Positions 13,601-27,069 of a stretch of 64,000 bases of DNA are shown piece by piece. A program made the translations under genes and the position numbers. The notes beneath the pieces are model-generated. The model did not search any database, had not been told where the DNA came from, and was given only the letters and a program-made list of their open reading frames with translations. This DNA is from Podarcis filfolensis (lineage: Eukaryota): the NCBI GenBank assembly GCA_964270895.1, contig OZ185436.1; one strand, written 5' to 3'. Position 1 is the stretch's first letter. Every line of letters begins with the position of its first letter.

Positions 13601-16600
13601 TGTTACTGGACTACAACTCCCATCAAACCTGACCACGGACCATGCTTGCTGGGGCAGATGGGAGCAGGAGTCCAATGTAGAAGGTACATCTTCAAACTTA
13701 TACCAGCTTTATATCCATTTCATTGTCATGACTTCGCCAAAGAATCCTAGGAACTCTGATCGGGTGACTGCTCTGAGGATATAGGAGATCCCTAAGCAGA
13801 GGTAGAATTCCTTAGGGAGGGAGGGAGAGAATGACTATCAAAACTTTATGAGCACACTTCTGTGAAAAAATCCCCTCTGGATTCATTCCAAGTAAAAATG
13901 TATATTTATGGCACAAATATGCCCAGGCACAGCCAGTCTTAGCCACGCAGCAAGAGTGTCTGGAGCAGCAAATTCTGTAAAGCAGGTGTGGGAAAACCTT
14001 TGGTCCTCCAGATGTTGTTGAACTACAACTCCCATTACCCCTGATTATTGGCTACATTTTCCTCTCCCCTTTTAATGCACTTTTCTTTCCTGTTTGTCTT
14101 CTGTCCCTTGAGTCTCTGCAGTTTCCCATCCCATCTTTCCTGTGGTAGGTTCATCTGAGATCACATATTTCCTCTAAGCTATTTTCTGATAATGTAACTG
14201 TACATTAAGTACATGTGGAAAAGTATGCCTCAAAAGGCAAAGGCAAAATGTGAAAACTTACCACCAGAGGCTTAGGCATATTGCCTGTTGTGCATGAGTT
14301 AAAGTCCATGCACTGGTTAAGAATTCACTGTATGTTTAACATACAGTACAATGCTATGCATGTCTACCCAGAAGTAAGTCTCTTTGTGTTTAATGGTGTT
14401 TGCTCCCAGGTATGTGGGTACAGGATTGCAGCCTAGACTTTGGTTTAGGGTTGGTGGAAACAGGGTTCTTGTACCTTTAACAACTGTGTGGCAGGCAGAA
14501 ATGCAACTGGTTAAACCTGTCATAATATAGAAATATAATTATTAGAAAAGCTTCATCTGTTCACATTCTGTCTGTCAGACATTTTATTACTTCATAGTAA
14601 GGGATTTATTTTTTTCCGGCCTCTTCTACACTTGTGAAGGAGGACACAAATATGCACATGACAAAAAGCCATTTGCAATTTTTATGTAAATATGTGTCCT
14701 CTTTTGCAAATATCCTCTTCTGCAATCTCCATGCAGTGTACTGGGCCCAGAAAATCCTGTTGGCACCCCTGAGCGCTGACACCAGGTTTGTGAGGATCCT
14801 GGGCACCCTGCTTTCAGTGCCCTGCCTGACTTACTGGGGCACCATGGATGGTGAGCTGCATTCATTGCAGAACTGAATGGTGGCTTCACTGAGTAAGCCG
14901 CATTTCTCTTGCCCCCTGTGTGGCAACATTTGTGCAAATGGGAAAATAATAAACAAGATTGGTTGACTCCATGCTGAGTGGCACTGGGCAGAGAGGTGCA
15001 CAGGACAGCTGCACTGGGCAAGCAAGTGAACTATCTTTATGTTCCCTTCCTGGAGCTCTCAATACTTCATTGTCAAGACAATCAAAATACGGCTGCTCGG
15101 TCCGTTCAGCCATCCAGCGATGACCAGGGATTTTAATGAGACTCGGAAATTCCACCGGCAGAGTTTTCCACATGTGGTTGTAAAAGCTGCACCTGTTTAT
15201 TTTCCATGCTCTGAAATACAAGAAAAGGGCCACACAAGAAAGGTGTCGGTTCTACTTTTCAATTCAGCTTCGGAGGACGTAACGAAGGATGTTTATTGCT
15301 CACATTGTGCCTTCAGAGCTTCATGTTCTTTCTTGATCTTTGAGATGAAAAGGCCAGCCCTTCGTCATCTGTTTGTGTGCCACTGCAAGGCTACCAGAGT
15401 CTGTGGGGGCAGAAGAATTCCCAGTGCTTTCGCATTCCCAATGGCACTCAGCGCAAGAAATACACAAAAGAGCTCCAGGGACTGCGGGAAGCCCTTGTCA
15501 TCCCATTTGAGAAACATCAGTCAGGATACACGTTCTCCCTTTCCAGCGTTGTCCCAGCTCCACCCTCCGCCCCCCTAAGTCTGTGTTTCATTAGCTAACA
15601 TTTTGTGGTTGCCTCACTACACACTCAAGTGGGAATATCCAGCGCTGGAGAGAAAAAGCGTTGCTGTGATATTTGGTGTACCACATCTGATAGGGATGAA
15701 GCAGTAGACTGTCTGATCTCTGGAATGTGGCCTCTGGCACCGTTCTCTGGAATAATTCCCCATTAGCAAATGGGAAAAGGAACCATTTAAATCAAAACAT
15801 CCATCCCCCAACTAAAGAGAGAGGGAGAGATACCAGAGGAAAGTGAAAACACAAAACTGGTTACAAATTTATACTCACCAGGCAGAAATTCCTATTATTT
15901 GGAACTTAAGGCAGTTTTCGTACCCTTGCGTGTTTTCTGAGAGTCCATATTGTTCCAAAATATATTCGCGTTCCTGCGTCCATTACACCCCCGGATACCT
16001 ACACTGTCTACAAAAAACATGGCAATTTTGTCAAGAACAAAGGTCGTTTGCAAGGTCAGCTACAATAGTTCCAAGAAATATGCATTTTAGAATACTTGAA
16101 CCCTTGTGAGAGTTTTTCGGAGTGGGACTTGCACAGAAATTATCATGCCAAGAAAGGGGGAGAAAATATGACTAATAACTAGTCTCAGAGCTAAAGTTCA
16201 CAATGTCCAGTGGCGAAAATGTTCCCACTGATTAATTATTCTTGTGGGGAAAGGAATTTGCTAAGTATTTGGCCTGGCATTTGCAAACACCCATCCGCCC
16301 ACACAGTAACAACATGACTGTTAAAGGGGTTCTGATTAAGCACATTTGTCCATTTGCATCTTTCACTTAAGGGCTTGCCGGCTTTGCCAGCATCTGCCAA
16401 GCTAGGAGAAGAGATAAACAGATCAATCTCAAAACAAATTATGCAACTTCATGAACTTATCTTGGTGGGAACTGGTAGACCACACAAGTAGAATGGATCA
16501 ACAGTGAACCAAATAATTGCTTGATTTTTTTTTTAAGGCATGCTAACAACTTAAAGCAGATTTATAGCCACATCATTGCAAAGAAGGACTAAAGAGAGCA

Positions 16601-18871
16601 GAAGTATTTTGGCTGAATATTCTAGAATTATCCAATGCACAGAGGTAGTTGCAATTACCAGAGAATGCAGCAGCAATCCTATATGCAGTCCGGATGAGCA
16701 GTAATGGGAGGCTGTAGCCACAGAACAGTTGAAGGGAGATAGCTAAGGAGATAAAGTTGAAATATTCTCCACTGTCACTAGTTGAAAAGTACGGTAGATG
16801 TGGCTTTGGAGTTTATGGCTTACTTCCTGGCGAGAGATCCTGAGAAAATAAATTATCTTTCCTAACTAGCGCCAGGGCCTTTAATGCCAAGCATTAATGT
16901 TTCTGTTAATTGCCTTGACAAGTTCTCTGGAAGTGGTCTGAGAATGCTCCTCTCTGCTGTTGATAACATGGCGGTACTGCTGGTGCATGCATAGCCTCAC
17001 TTTTTTTTCCTGATCTGGGAGAGGAAGCGGAGAGACATTATTCTTCCTGTCAAGATACAAGGAGAAAACAGTATCTAAAAGATAATTCTGGATTCCTTCC
17101 TGTCGCACTGGGAGCTTCAGACTGATCAGCAGACTCAGCACTGGGGTGGCTTGACTGGGCTTCCAGAGGGGGCCGCCGTTCACTGGTTGAAGCTTCTGAA
17201 ACTGCTGTGGTGGGAGCTCTGAAGAGCAAGAGGAAGAGGAGGAGAAGCAGCCTTTGGCTGTCTCGCCATTCTCTGCCTGGCCTGCCCTGCAGTTTACCTG
17301 GCCAGCTAGGTCTGGCCCAATAGCAGCACACTCTAGCCAACCTTGGGCACCCACATAACAGATTGCCCTCCCCCCCCCCAAGAAAATGCATCACATACCC
17401 AAGCAGAGGGCAAAAGGAGGGCACAGATTTGTATACAAATTGCCTAAGCTCATTTATACATAGAGAGGCAAATGTAGACGTAATTACTATAATTTAAATA
17501 GAAACACAGTCCATCTCAGCACAGTGGGGAAGGGTGTGGCCAGGTGACCTGTTAGCCTGCTGTCCAGGTCTGATGGGCATCTTCAAGGTTTCTCCTCAAA
17601 TATTATTCAAACAAAGGACAAGGTCTAAAGCGTCCTGATATCCCTCTATTCATAGCTAGCAGCTTCTACCATGGAGGCTTCATTGCTCTTTGGGCCCACG
17701 GGGCGCCTCAAGGTTTTACTCTGGAAATATTGGGAGCCACCTTTTACTCAAGATGGAATCGGTGGTCTGGTAGTGACGGAGGATATATTGCTGCTACGAA
17801 CTCCTCCTTACTCCTGTCACACAAGGACAAACAGAAAGCAGAGTGATGGCCACACGAGGTGATTAAGCAGCGGTACAATACCTAGGAAAGCAACTCTAGA
17901 AAGAGAAATGACTGGAGGATGAGCATGAGCCTCTAGTCTTCCATTCGCCAACAGCCCATTGTTTGTTTGCATTTATCTCACATTTTCCCTCCAAGGAGGT
18001 CAAAGAAGTATACCTCTGAGGTAGCTGAAGCTGAGGGAGAATTACTGGCCCAATGTCACTCAGTGAACTGCACCATGCCCAGGCAGAGATTTGAACCTGG
18101 GTCTCTCCAATATAACTCCAAGACACTAACCAGTACTCCACACTGGCTCCTTGGGTTTTGTGAACTCATCCATGGAAGCCAAAACACAGAGGGAGAGGGG
18201 TGGGTGGCGGTGCTCCTTCTCTTCCTTAGCTCACCACGAATCCTTCCCTTTGGTGGGGAGAAAGGGGAGGAAAAACAGGAGGTAGGGGCCTCCCAACCGT
18301 GCCTTACATGGGAGATTGCTGGTGGTCAGAGTTGTGCTTTCTAGGTGCTCATCTGGCAGCATGGGCTATTTTGCTTTGATAAAGCAAAATAAAAATGTGC
18401 CGTTTCCTCACCTCTCACATCTGTTTCCAAAAATGCTTTAGATTGGCCATATCCTCTTGGATGCTAATTCCGTTTATAGTCTGCCCAGCCTTCCATGCAC
18501 ATATGGTTCCTTTTTTTCTGTAGCACTTCTGGGACGAAATTCTATCCCACTCCATTCACCTTTCCTGCACAGGCTGGCTGAGATGGGCCACCCACGTCGA
18601 GGATCCAGGCATAGCCGGGGGGATTCTCACACACATGAAGCAGCATCCGAACTCCCACCAACCCCCTAGTGGCGCTTATCGCCAGCTGGAAGATTGCGAA
18701 TGAGCTTGCAATTAATCAAGTTCATGTGGGAAGGAAATGCACTGGGTTTGGGGGCGGGGGTTATCCCATCGCTCACAGGGGTGTTAAGGGGTTGAAGTGA
18801 GTAGGCTGACACCAAGCAGTTTGTGAATCCCTTCTGGGGCAAGATAAGGGATAACGAAGTCTGGCACATTC

Positions 18872-19130
18872 AGGTCTTGAGGGTTTTTTGTACGGCCTTA
18901 TTGGCCACCTCGTGAGAAGAGAAGACTCCCTGGAAAAGACCCTGATGTTGGGAAAGATTGAGGGCACAAGGAGAAGGGGACGACAGAGGACAAGATGGTT
19001 GGACAGTGTTCTCGAAGCTACCAACATGAGTCTGACCAAACTGCGGGAGGCAGTGGAAGACAGGAATGCCTGGCGTGCTCTGGTCCATGGGGTCACGAAG
19101 AGTCGGACACGACTAAACGACAACAACAAT
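18872..19130 (+). mobile_element. BovB (RTE) LINE 3' fragment, 5'-truncated
   Basis: GHLVRREDSLEKTLMLGKIEGTRRRGRQRTRWLDSVLEATNMSLTKLREAVEDR-AWRALVHGVTKSRTRLN and (CAA)n tail. Confidence 0.92.
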
Positions 19131-19304
19131 TGGGAAATAGTTACAAACCTCCCTTTATCAACAGTGATGTGGATACGGTGACGATGGGGCTGTTGGACTA
19201 AGTAGGCCAGGCCTACTTGACTTAGGTAAATGTTGAGCCTTATGCAGCGCCCAGGTGTAAGTTGTTGCAGGCCCTGGAACCAGACATGGAAACTTGCCTT
19301 AGAA

Positions 19305-19440
19305 CAGGCATAGGCAAACTTCGCCCTCCAGATGTTTTGGGACTACAACTCCCATCATCCCTAGCTAACAGGACCAGTGGTCAGGGATGACGGGGACTGT
19401 AGTCTCAAAACATCTGGAGGGCCGAGTTTGCCTATGCCTG
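19305..19440. mobile_element. hAT-type MITE
   Basis: TIRs caggcataggcaaact / agtttgcctatgcctg; 8-bp TSD ccttagaa / ccctagaa. Confidence 0.85.
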
Positions 19441-20166
19441 CCCTAGAATAAGAATTCTTCTTTTTTACAAATTTACTAAGAAAATGTAGTTATGTGCCCA
19501 TTAGATTCTAGCTAATGGGCCTGAAACCCTGGAGAGCTGTTGCCAGTCAGTATAGACAATACTGAACTATGGAGATCAGGCAGGTACCTTCACTTTTGGG
19601 TGCCTGCTAAAAACATTCCTGTTTAGACAAGTCTTCCCAGACATTTAGAAAGCTGATGCTGAGTTTTAATTGGTTTTAGTCTATTGCTTTCACTTTCTGT
19701 ATGCTTTAAAATATTATTGAAAATTCTTCTTGTGATAATCTGACTGTTCTGTTTTGTAAAGTGTTTTGAAGTCCCCCCCCCCCCTACAATCAAGCGGTGT
19801 AATGAATAAATGAAAAATAAAAACATAATGGGCTTGTGGTCTGACTTGGTATAAAACAGCTTCCTATGGTCTTTAAAAGGGGAGGGCTGGGGGGCTGAGG
19901 AATCCTGCAACGGACACAGAAACAAGATGGTCAGAGAAAAGCCTTGCACACAGAGGAGCAGAAACAGAAAGTGAATACAGCTCTCCCTTGCAAAATTCAT
20001 TTCAGAGACGGCAGATAGTAAGAGCTACTGCCAGGAGAAGGGAACACTTGCTTGAATGGGAGAAGAGAAGTGCGGGGAAATAGCAAAGCTGTGTTATATT
20101 CTGAGCCTTGACTAGGCGTTTTCAGGCACCTTTTCTCCTGGCATCCATAATGGTGAGGGGCCTATT

Positions 20167-20561
20167 CAGGGCCATCTTAAGCATATCTGGCGCCGTGATG
20201 CAAAGCTCCCTCTGGCGCACCCCCCCTTTTCCCAGTTGTCCACCTTTTTAAAGGGAGGGTGGTGCTGCCAGCGGGGCTGGAGGAGGTGGGCAGTGGCTGG
20301 AGGGCGGCTCCTCCAGCGGGGAAGAGGCGGAGGCTGGACGCGGTGCCTCCCGACTCAGCTGGACACTTCATGCCGCGGTGGCCATGGCAGACGGAGGCTC
20401 TGGGAGCGGCGCTGCTTCGGTGCGGCATGGCGGAGGAGGGCGAGGGTGGCGAGCTGATGTCAGGAGGCGCCGCGTCCAGCCTCCGCCTCTTCCCTGGTGC
20501 CCTCCAGAACTTGGCACCCTGGCGCCCCGCACCACTAGCCTCTATGGGGAAGGCGCCCCTG
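20167..20561. mobile_element. GC-rich hAT-type non-autonomous DNA transposon
   Basis: Ends cagggccatcttaa / aaggcgcccctg; perfect 8-bp TSD ggcctatt; accounts for the GC-rich ORFs at 20177-20725. Confidence 0.8.
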
Positions 20562-21821
20562 GGCCTATTTATTCTTTAAGAAAAAGCAGTGCTAGTATTC
20601 TCTTTACATTCCAGCACTGGAATGAGAGCCAGCGTGGTGTAGTGGTTGGTCAGAGTTTTGGACTAGGACCAGTCACTGCCTCTCGGCATAACCTACCTCA
20701 CAGGGTTGTTGTGGAGATTAAATGAGGAAGAGGAGAACCACGTTTGCCACCCTGAGCTCCTTGACATATGCATGCAATAAATGAATAATAAGATTCCCTG
20801 CAGAACAGGATCATAACCACTCAGATTTTTATAGCTGTAGCGTGTTTGCACACTGAAGGACCAGACACTGAAAGCACATTTTACACACCCACCCAAAGAA
20901 TCCTGGGGACTGTAGTTTAACCTCACAGAGCAATAATTCCCAGGATCTTTAACAAACTATAGTTCCCATGATTATTTGTGGAGGAAAATGTGCTTTAAAA
21001 GTATGGTGTGTGTGTAGCCACGGCCTCATAGCTGTTATTGAGTTGGTGCCTGTAATTATATACAGTATCTTCCCACTACTAGTACCACAAGGAAATGATA
21101 GAGGACAGGAAAGGAACAGGAAAACCAACAGTGGATCCTCTGATAAATGCCCGGCTAATATACTGTAATTATTTAGGTTCCTTTGAAATGTAGACGCACA
21201 GATAGAAATTCTCCACACAGAATGGGCTCTGCCATACCAAAGGCCAGCTTGCCGATTAGCAGCACTAGCCACATATATTTTTCTGTCTGAAGTGATGGGC
21301 GCAATGGCCTCTCCCCACTCCATGAGCAAAAGCCTACAGCAATAGCAAGATAGGGTCAAGTTGGCTAGTATATTGTGTCAGCCCTAAAATGTGTCAATAT
21401 GTATTTTTAATCTCTCACTTCCATAGCACCTTCTGGTTAATTCATTGCTTTAATGGTCCTTTCTTCCTTTATTATCCTTATCACAGCCATCAGACGTTCT
21501 GCTGTTATTCTCATGTCTCATGTGGAGAAATGAAATTGAATGGGAGAAACCTGCCTAAGGCCTTCTCATTAGATTGCAAAGTTGATCTGGGGTTTGAAAC
21601 CAGTGTCCTAGGTCAAGCTCCAGTCTAACACCTTACCAGACCAGTCTCTATAAAGGTTTTTTAACACAGGATGTGAAGCTCACTGTACGAGCCACATTCT
21701 TCCCTTTGCCCTACACACTTTCATTTTTGTATCTGAGTCCTGTGCTGGCAGTGTGAGTGGCTGTGTAATCCTCTCCAACTGGACTGAACAATACTGTTTG
21801 GCAGTAAGTAGGGGAACCATT

Positions 21822-22217
21822 AGGCTGATCGCCGAAGAATTGATGCTTTTGAATTATGGTGCTGGAGGAGACTCTTGAGAGTCCCATGCACTGCAAGAAG
21901 ATCGAACGTATCCATTCTTAAGGAAATCAGCCCTGAGTGCTCACTGGAAGGACAGATCCTGAAGCTGAGGCTCCAATACTTTGGCCACCTCATGAGAAAA
22001 GAAGACTCCCTGGAAAAGACCCTGATATTGGGAAAGATGGAGGGCACAAGGAGAAGGGGACGGCAGAGGACGAGATGGTTGGACAGTGTTCTCGAAGCTA
22101 TGAACATGAGTCTGACCAAACTGCGGGAGGCAGTGGAAGACAGGAGTGCCTGGCGTGCTCTGGTTCATGGGGTCACGAAGAGTCGGACATGACTAAACAA
22201 CTAAACAACAACAACAA
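21822..22217 (+). mobile_element. BovB (RTE) LINE 3' fragment, 5'-truncated
   Basis: ADRRRIDAFELWCWRRLLRVP...LRLQYFGHLMRKEDSLEKTL...HGVTKSRT, (CAA)n tail, 12-bp TSD aggggaaccatt (21810-21821 and 22218-22229). Confidence 0.95.
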
Positions 22218-25200
22218 AGGGGAACCATTTACTTTCATTTTATTCCAGGGATTTTTAAATAATCCTTGGGTAGACTGTTCATAGCTCAGCAACAGAGCAC
22301 ACTTGGGGGGGGGGGAAGCCCCATATTAAATTCCCAGCATTTCCAGTTAAACTTCCTCTGAGACTTTAAAATATCCCATGAGCTTATATGACAGAGCTTT
22401 TTTCTTTAATTCATCTCAATGGACATTTACCAGCAAGGCAAGAGGTACACTTAGGGATAAACCTAGCTCACACTAATGGCTATATTCTAATAGCTGGGAT
22501 GTGAAACATGAACTACAGTTCAAAACAAACCCATTACAAGAATACTAAATGGAACACAATTACTGTATATAGCTGAGAGAACTGCCCACATCCCTTACTG
22601 AATCCATGAGATATATAAGGTCACATTTGCTAACAAATTCCAGATCTGTAGCTTCTCATTGCAATTGCTCCCTTTTTGTTGTTTGCTTCATAGGAACTTT
22701 GAGATGTTTGTTTGTGTGGTCATCTTGCTTTCATCCAACAATATCTCAAGCACCCTCTAGCGGGAGAAAAGAGAACAGCACCATCCACCTTTTAGTTTCA
22801 GGTTTTTATTTAATCTCATAACCGGACAAAAGCCAATATGGTCACAGCCATCTTCATTGATGCCTTCGGGGGAACTGGAGTTCCTTATAAGAACAAAACA
22901 CATATGATTTTTTTCCCTTCTAAACTCTTAAATTGTCAAGTAGCTCCATAAAGTTCTGAGCTCCCTCAGATCCCAGCAAAGTCAGCCTTTGTTAGGGCCT
23001 TCAAGTATTGCCTTTCTGTCCACCTCCAAAACCATTGGATCAATTCAAATTCCAGAACTTTCTCAAACACTGAATCTGACTACATCCACTCTTCCTTTAA
23101 CCAAGGACATCTCAGGCCAGGAAACAGTCCTTAAGCTCTGACGCTCACATTTAACAAATGGAAGCTCTGTTGAGTAAGATGCAAAGAAATTTCCCTGTGG
23201 TCACCTGCTTAAGGAAGAAATAAAATGGCAGTCCCAGTTCTGTCATTCTCTCCGCAAAGCCTATGCCATTCACAGCAATAGCCTTATGTCCCTACAGAGA
23301 GTGATGTGGATTAAAATCGCCACCAATTAGATCTTTTAAGAGAAAATGTTTCAGGGAATTATTACGTACATTAAAATCCCCACATACAGTTTCATTATTC
23401 TTTAAGACCCCTTTATACTCCACTGTAGATAAATTTTCACAAGAAGGCCATTGCTGTGTTATGGAGTCGTCTCGCAGGGACTTCATTTGATATTAATTGC
23501 ATTACATTCCTATTCTGTCTTTAATAGAAATGTCTTCTAACACAAAGAGACGTGCACCACTGGGAAAGGTTAGAAGCAAATACTATTGCTTAGAGGAATT
23601 TAGGGGTGAAAAGACCAGCATGTGGGTTGTTGGGGTTTTTTTGTTTTTGTTTCGTTAGCATGTTATTTAAATGTGCAACTCTTTCAGCACCCAGCTGACA
23701 TCAACCACTACAAAGCTGCCAGCTTTGAGGCGTGCAGTGAAACTCTCCCATGCCGGGCAGGCCAGGCCCAATTCCACCTCCAGCATGTCAGTTTTGTCCC
23801 TTGGCTCCCTGGTTGGTTGGCCCAATGCTCCAAGTGGTTGATCCACTTATTTTGAAGAGTGAATAAACTATCCCGCTTCTTTGAAACAGACTTTAAATCC
23901 ATCTCGGGGTGCTACACAGAGGATTCCACAAATATCGCAAAATGTCACCTGATCAAGAACCTGGATCAAGCCAAGGGCCCTTCTAGCTGCGCATCCTGTT
24001 TCTCACAGTAGGAAGCCACATGCTGATACAAATCCCACATGCAAGGCATGGGCAAAGTAGCCTTCTCCTGCCGCTGTTCTTCCCCTGCATGCTGCCTGTG
24101 ATCCGGGAGGTAACACCTCTGACATGCTGAGCACTATGATCTTCATGAGGTTCAACTATGTGTTTTGGTTCCCCACACCCATTAACCAACACAGCTTCCT
24201 CTGCTTTTTGTGGACCCCCTAGGTTCTGTGAACAGGCGACTAAGTATGCAAAACTACCAGGGAGCAAGTCTGAGTAAACACAACTACAATTATTATAAAG
24301 CAAGAGTGGCTGACCTTTTTGGGCCTGATCTGTAGTCAACCCTCTGGGGGTTGCATGCCAGAGAACATGCACAGGACCCATTTCCTAAATTAATCCATGC
24401 AGATCATCTAAGGAGAAGGATTCTCACCCCCTCTCCACTCATACGACATTGATCTGATGACAGCCCCAACAGGTAACAGGGCTCCACCCATGCCAGAGCT
24501 TTGTGTATACTTTTATTTACTTTCCCTTTTTTGCTGCTGCCACCCAAATCAGTAGAGACTTTAGGAGCCAGAGCAAAATTATGGTACTTTTTGGGTAGTG
24601 GTGGTGACATGAGCCACACCTACTGTTGGGTAAACATGAATAGGACAGGCTGCAAGGAGGCCAGTTACAACACTCCCAATATCAGAACCAGCCCTGAAAT
24701 TCCCACCACAATCCCAAAGTGTGAAAGGTGAGGTCTTGAGGCATCTGATCAAGACTTGTATTTTAAAATGAGCTTAAAAAAATATATATTTGCAGATGCT
24801 TGTGTGTTTTTATGCCAGGCAGAAGACCAGCTGGCTAAAAGACTTTGGCAGATGTTTATCCTCCTGGAAAAAGGCCCCCCTGATTTATTTATAGCAGGAG
24901 CCAAAATTCTCAAAGTTGTAAAAAGGGAATTACAGGCTGGGAGCAAAGGTTACTAGGTTACTGACCCTATAGAATACAATCAAGCTGCAAAAGCACTAAT
25001 TAAGAGTTGGTAAATAGTAGGATTCATTGTTTAACAGAAAATAATCCCATGTGCCTCCCATTAGAGACTTTAGCCACATTTTCCTAAGGTTAAAGGGCAA
25101 GAGCTAATAGAAACAGCAGCTGGCTTGAAAGGGGGGTTGCTTCTGGAAAGTGTTTTTACTAAGTTCCTTTTTACTTTGAAAAGGCCTTTGCTTCTAAAAA

Positions 25201-25399
25201 TCTATATATGTTATGTATGAAATATATTGGCTTAAATGTAATTATGCAAAGGATTTAGAAAGTAAGAAATGTTAGATTCTTATGTTAGATTCTTATTTCA
25301 TTGATGGTGTGTGAGAATGTGAACCCAAGATCTGTTTAAGACAGAATGAGCATTTGTTTTAACCATGTTTTGGAGGGCAACAGGGCAAGAAGGGCAAAA

Positions 25400-25730
25400 G
25401 GTGATCTGGTAATTAAGGTGCCTTGTTGAGGCAAATGTAAGATATATGGCTACTTGTTTGCCATTTATAGATAGAAGGAAATATAGCTCTTTGTCTCCCA
25501 TAAAAGGTAATAGGAAATGGGTGTATCTTTTATGATTGGTTCTAGCAAACAGCCAATAGGAATTTCAACCAGGCTGATTGGACAGAGGCAGCCAAAGGAG
25601 GAGCAAGGGGGCTGGGCTGAGGAAATATAAGTGCTGACCATCAGGGCTGGAGTGGGCAGAGCTTTGGTAACCATATACCACTGTGTCTCTCATTTATTTG
25701 TCTGACAAATAAATTATTATTTTAATTTCT
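25400..25730 (+). mobile_element. Possible solo LTR
   Basis: Three CCAAT/ATTGG boxes, then aaatataag TATA-like, then aaataaa, i.e. U3-R order; ends not defined. Confidence 0.35.
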
Positions 25731-27030
25731 CTATTGCTGCGTTGAATATTTCATTCCAGCTAAGCGTTAACCACAAGCAGGGTGCTACAGTATCTGCAGC
25801 AATCCTTTCCAACAGAAGAGCAGGATCTGAAATTAAGCTTACACAAAGAAGAAATTACTTAAAGTAAATTATTTAAATAATGAATCCAATTCAGCTAGGA
25901 ACGAATGTGTGGCTACTTACTCTTACTTTACAAGAAGATTCAGCCCTGCATGTATGCTATGTGCTTTTGTTCCCAGCAGTGTTTTTTGTTTGTTTTAATT
26001 CCCTGACTCTGGGTTTCTTCTCAGCCCCCCCAATCCCCAAATGAAATGACAGTCAGGCTGCTGAAAGTAGAGCTACTTCATCATCATCATCAGAGAAGTA
26101 GGGAATGGACGAGTGCCCATTCATGATTACCAATCAATGATTTCTTACAGCAACATGGCCTCCCACTCCCCTGTGTAAATCCTTCCAGGACCATCAAGCT
26201 GTGACAACCTTAATGCGAAGGAAACGTCAGGCTCCAGAGTGATATTTGAAAGGTCCCTTTGAAATATTTGGCAAATCTCTCTCTCTCAATCGATGCAAAC
26301 GGATGGAGATTCGTTCCAGATGAATGAGAGGTGGCAGAGCCCATCCTGTTGCAAAAATCATCCAGCAAGCCTCCTTGAAAGATAAATGAGATGTAAAATG
26401 TTGCCTGAGTTCCTTTACAGGAAAAGGGTAATAAAGAGATTGGAACTCGTTGCAGATTTCTGCTGCAGCACATTTACTTCTTGGCCAGGAGTCCTGCTTG
26501 TTCTGCTTCTTCCACTTGAGGGATTTCAAAACACCTTCAGATTCCATGAGCTGCCTCATCTATGACGGATATGATTTTGAGGGGCGGTAGTGATGGATGG
26601 ATTGCCTTGCTTGCCATCACGGTGCTACTGAAGTGCTTAATAAATCTTTCATTGACTTCAGTGGAATCATGATTCCAAGCCTATACTTTCAGCCGGGTAT
26701 ATTTAGGCTGCTGGCTGGGGATGTTTTATGCACATGAGTGGTGGTAGGCTGGGGATGGGGCAAAGACAACATAACTAAATGTGTGCTGTACAAAGCACAA
26801 GGGTGGAGAGCCTGTGGCCATCTAGATTTTGTTGCACCACAACTCCTATCATCCCTGATATCATTCCCCATCCATACTGTAGCCTGTACAATGGGGACAG
26901 AATTATAATTCAATGTAACTGAAGCTTTTTAGAAGCCAGATTCTTTAAGAATATTAGTTTAGTAAGATCAAAAGAAAGTGCATGTGTGCAAGTGTGCACG
27001 CACGTAGAACAAAAAATGATCTGCATTTAT

Positions 27031-27033
<3 letters not shown>

Positions 27034-27068
<35 letters not shown>
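27034..27068. repeat. (CA)n microsatellite
   Basis: Read directly. Confidence 0.95.

Positions 27069-27069
<1 letters not shown>

Noticed and set aside
15066-15210. PGHR...YFDC...C motifs faintly reminiscent of CatSper auxiliary subunits
   Set aside because: Only a few residues match, spacing is inconsistent and those genes are not expected at this locus; no gene name assigned without a search.
18661-18680. CTCF-like CCACTAGGGGG on the minus strand
   Set aside because: The 3' CGC of the core is missing and it lies inside a predicted exon; motif-only evidence is insufficient.
20177-20725. Four overlapping GC-rich ORFs
   Set aside because: They lie in a TSD-flanked non-autonomous hAT element.
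23292-23486. ORF with two GDFN motifs (VCGDFN, IGGDFNPHH) resembling a LINE APE endonuclease
   Set aside because: No other APE motifs or adjoining RT; it overlaps a predicted exon/intron boundary; likely coincidence or a tiny duplication.
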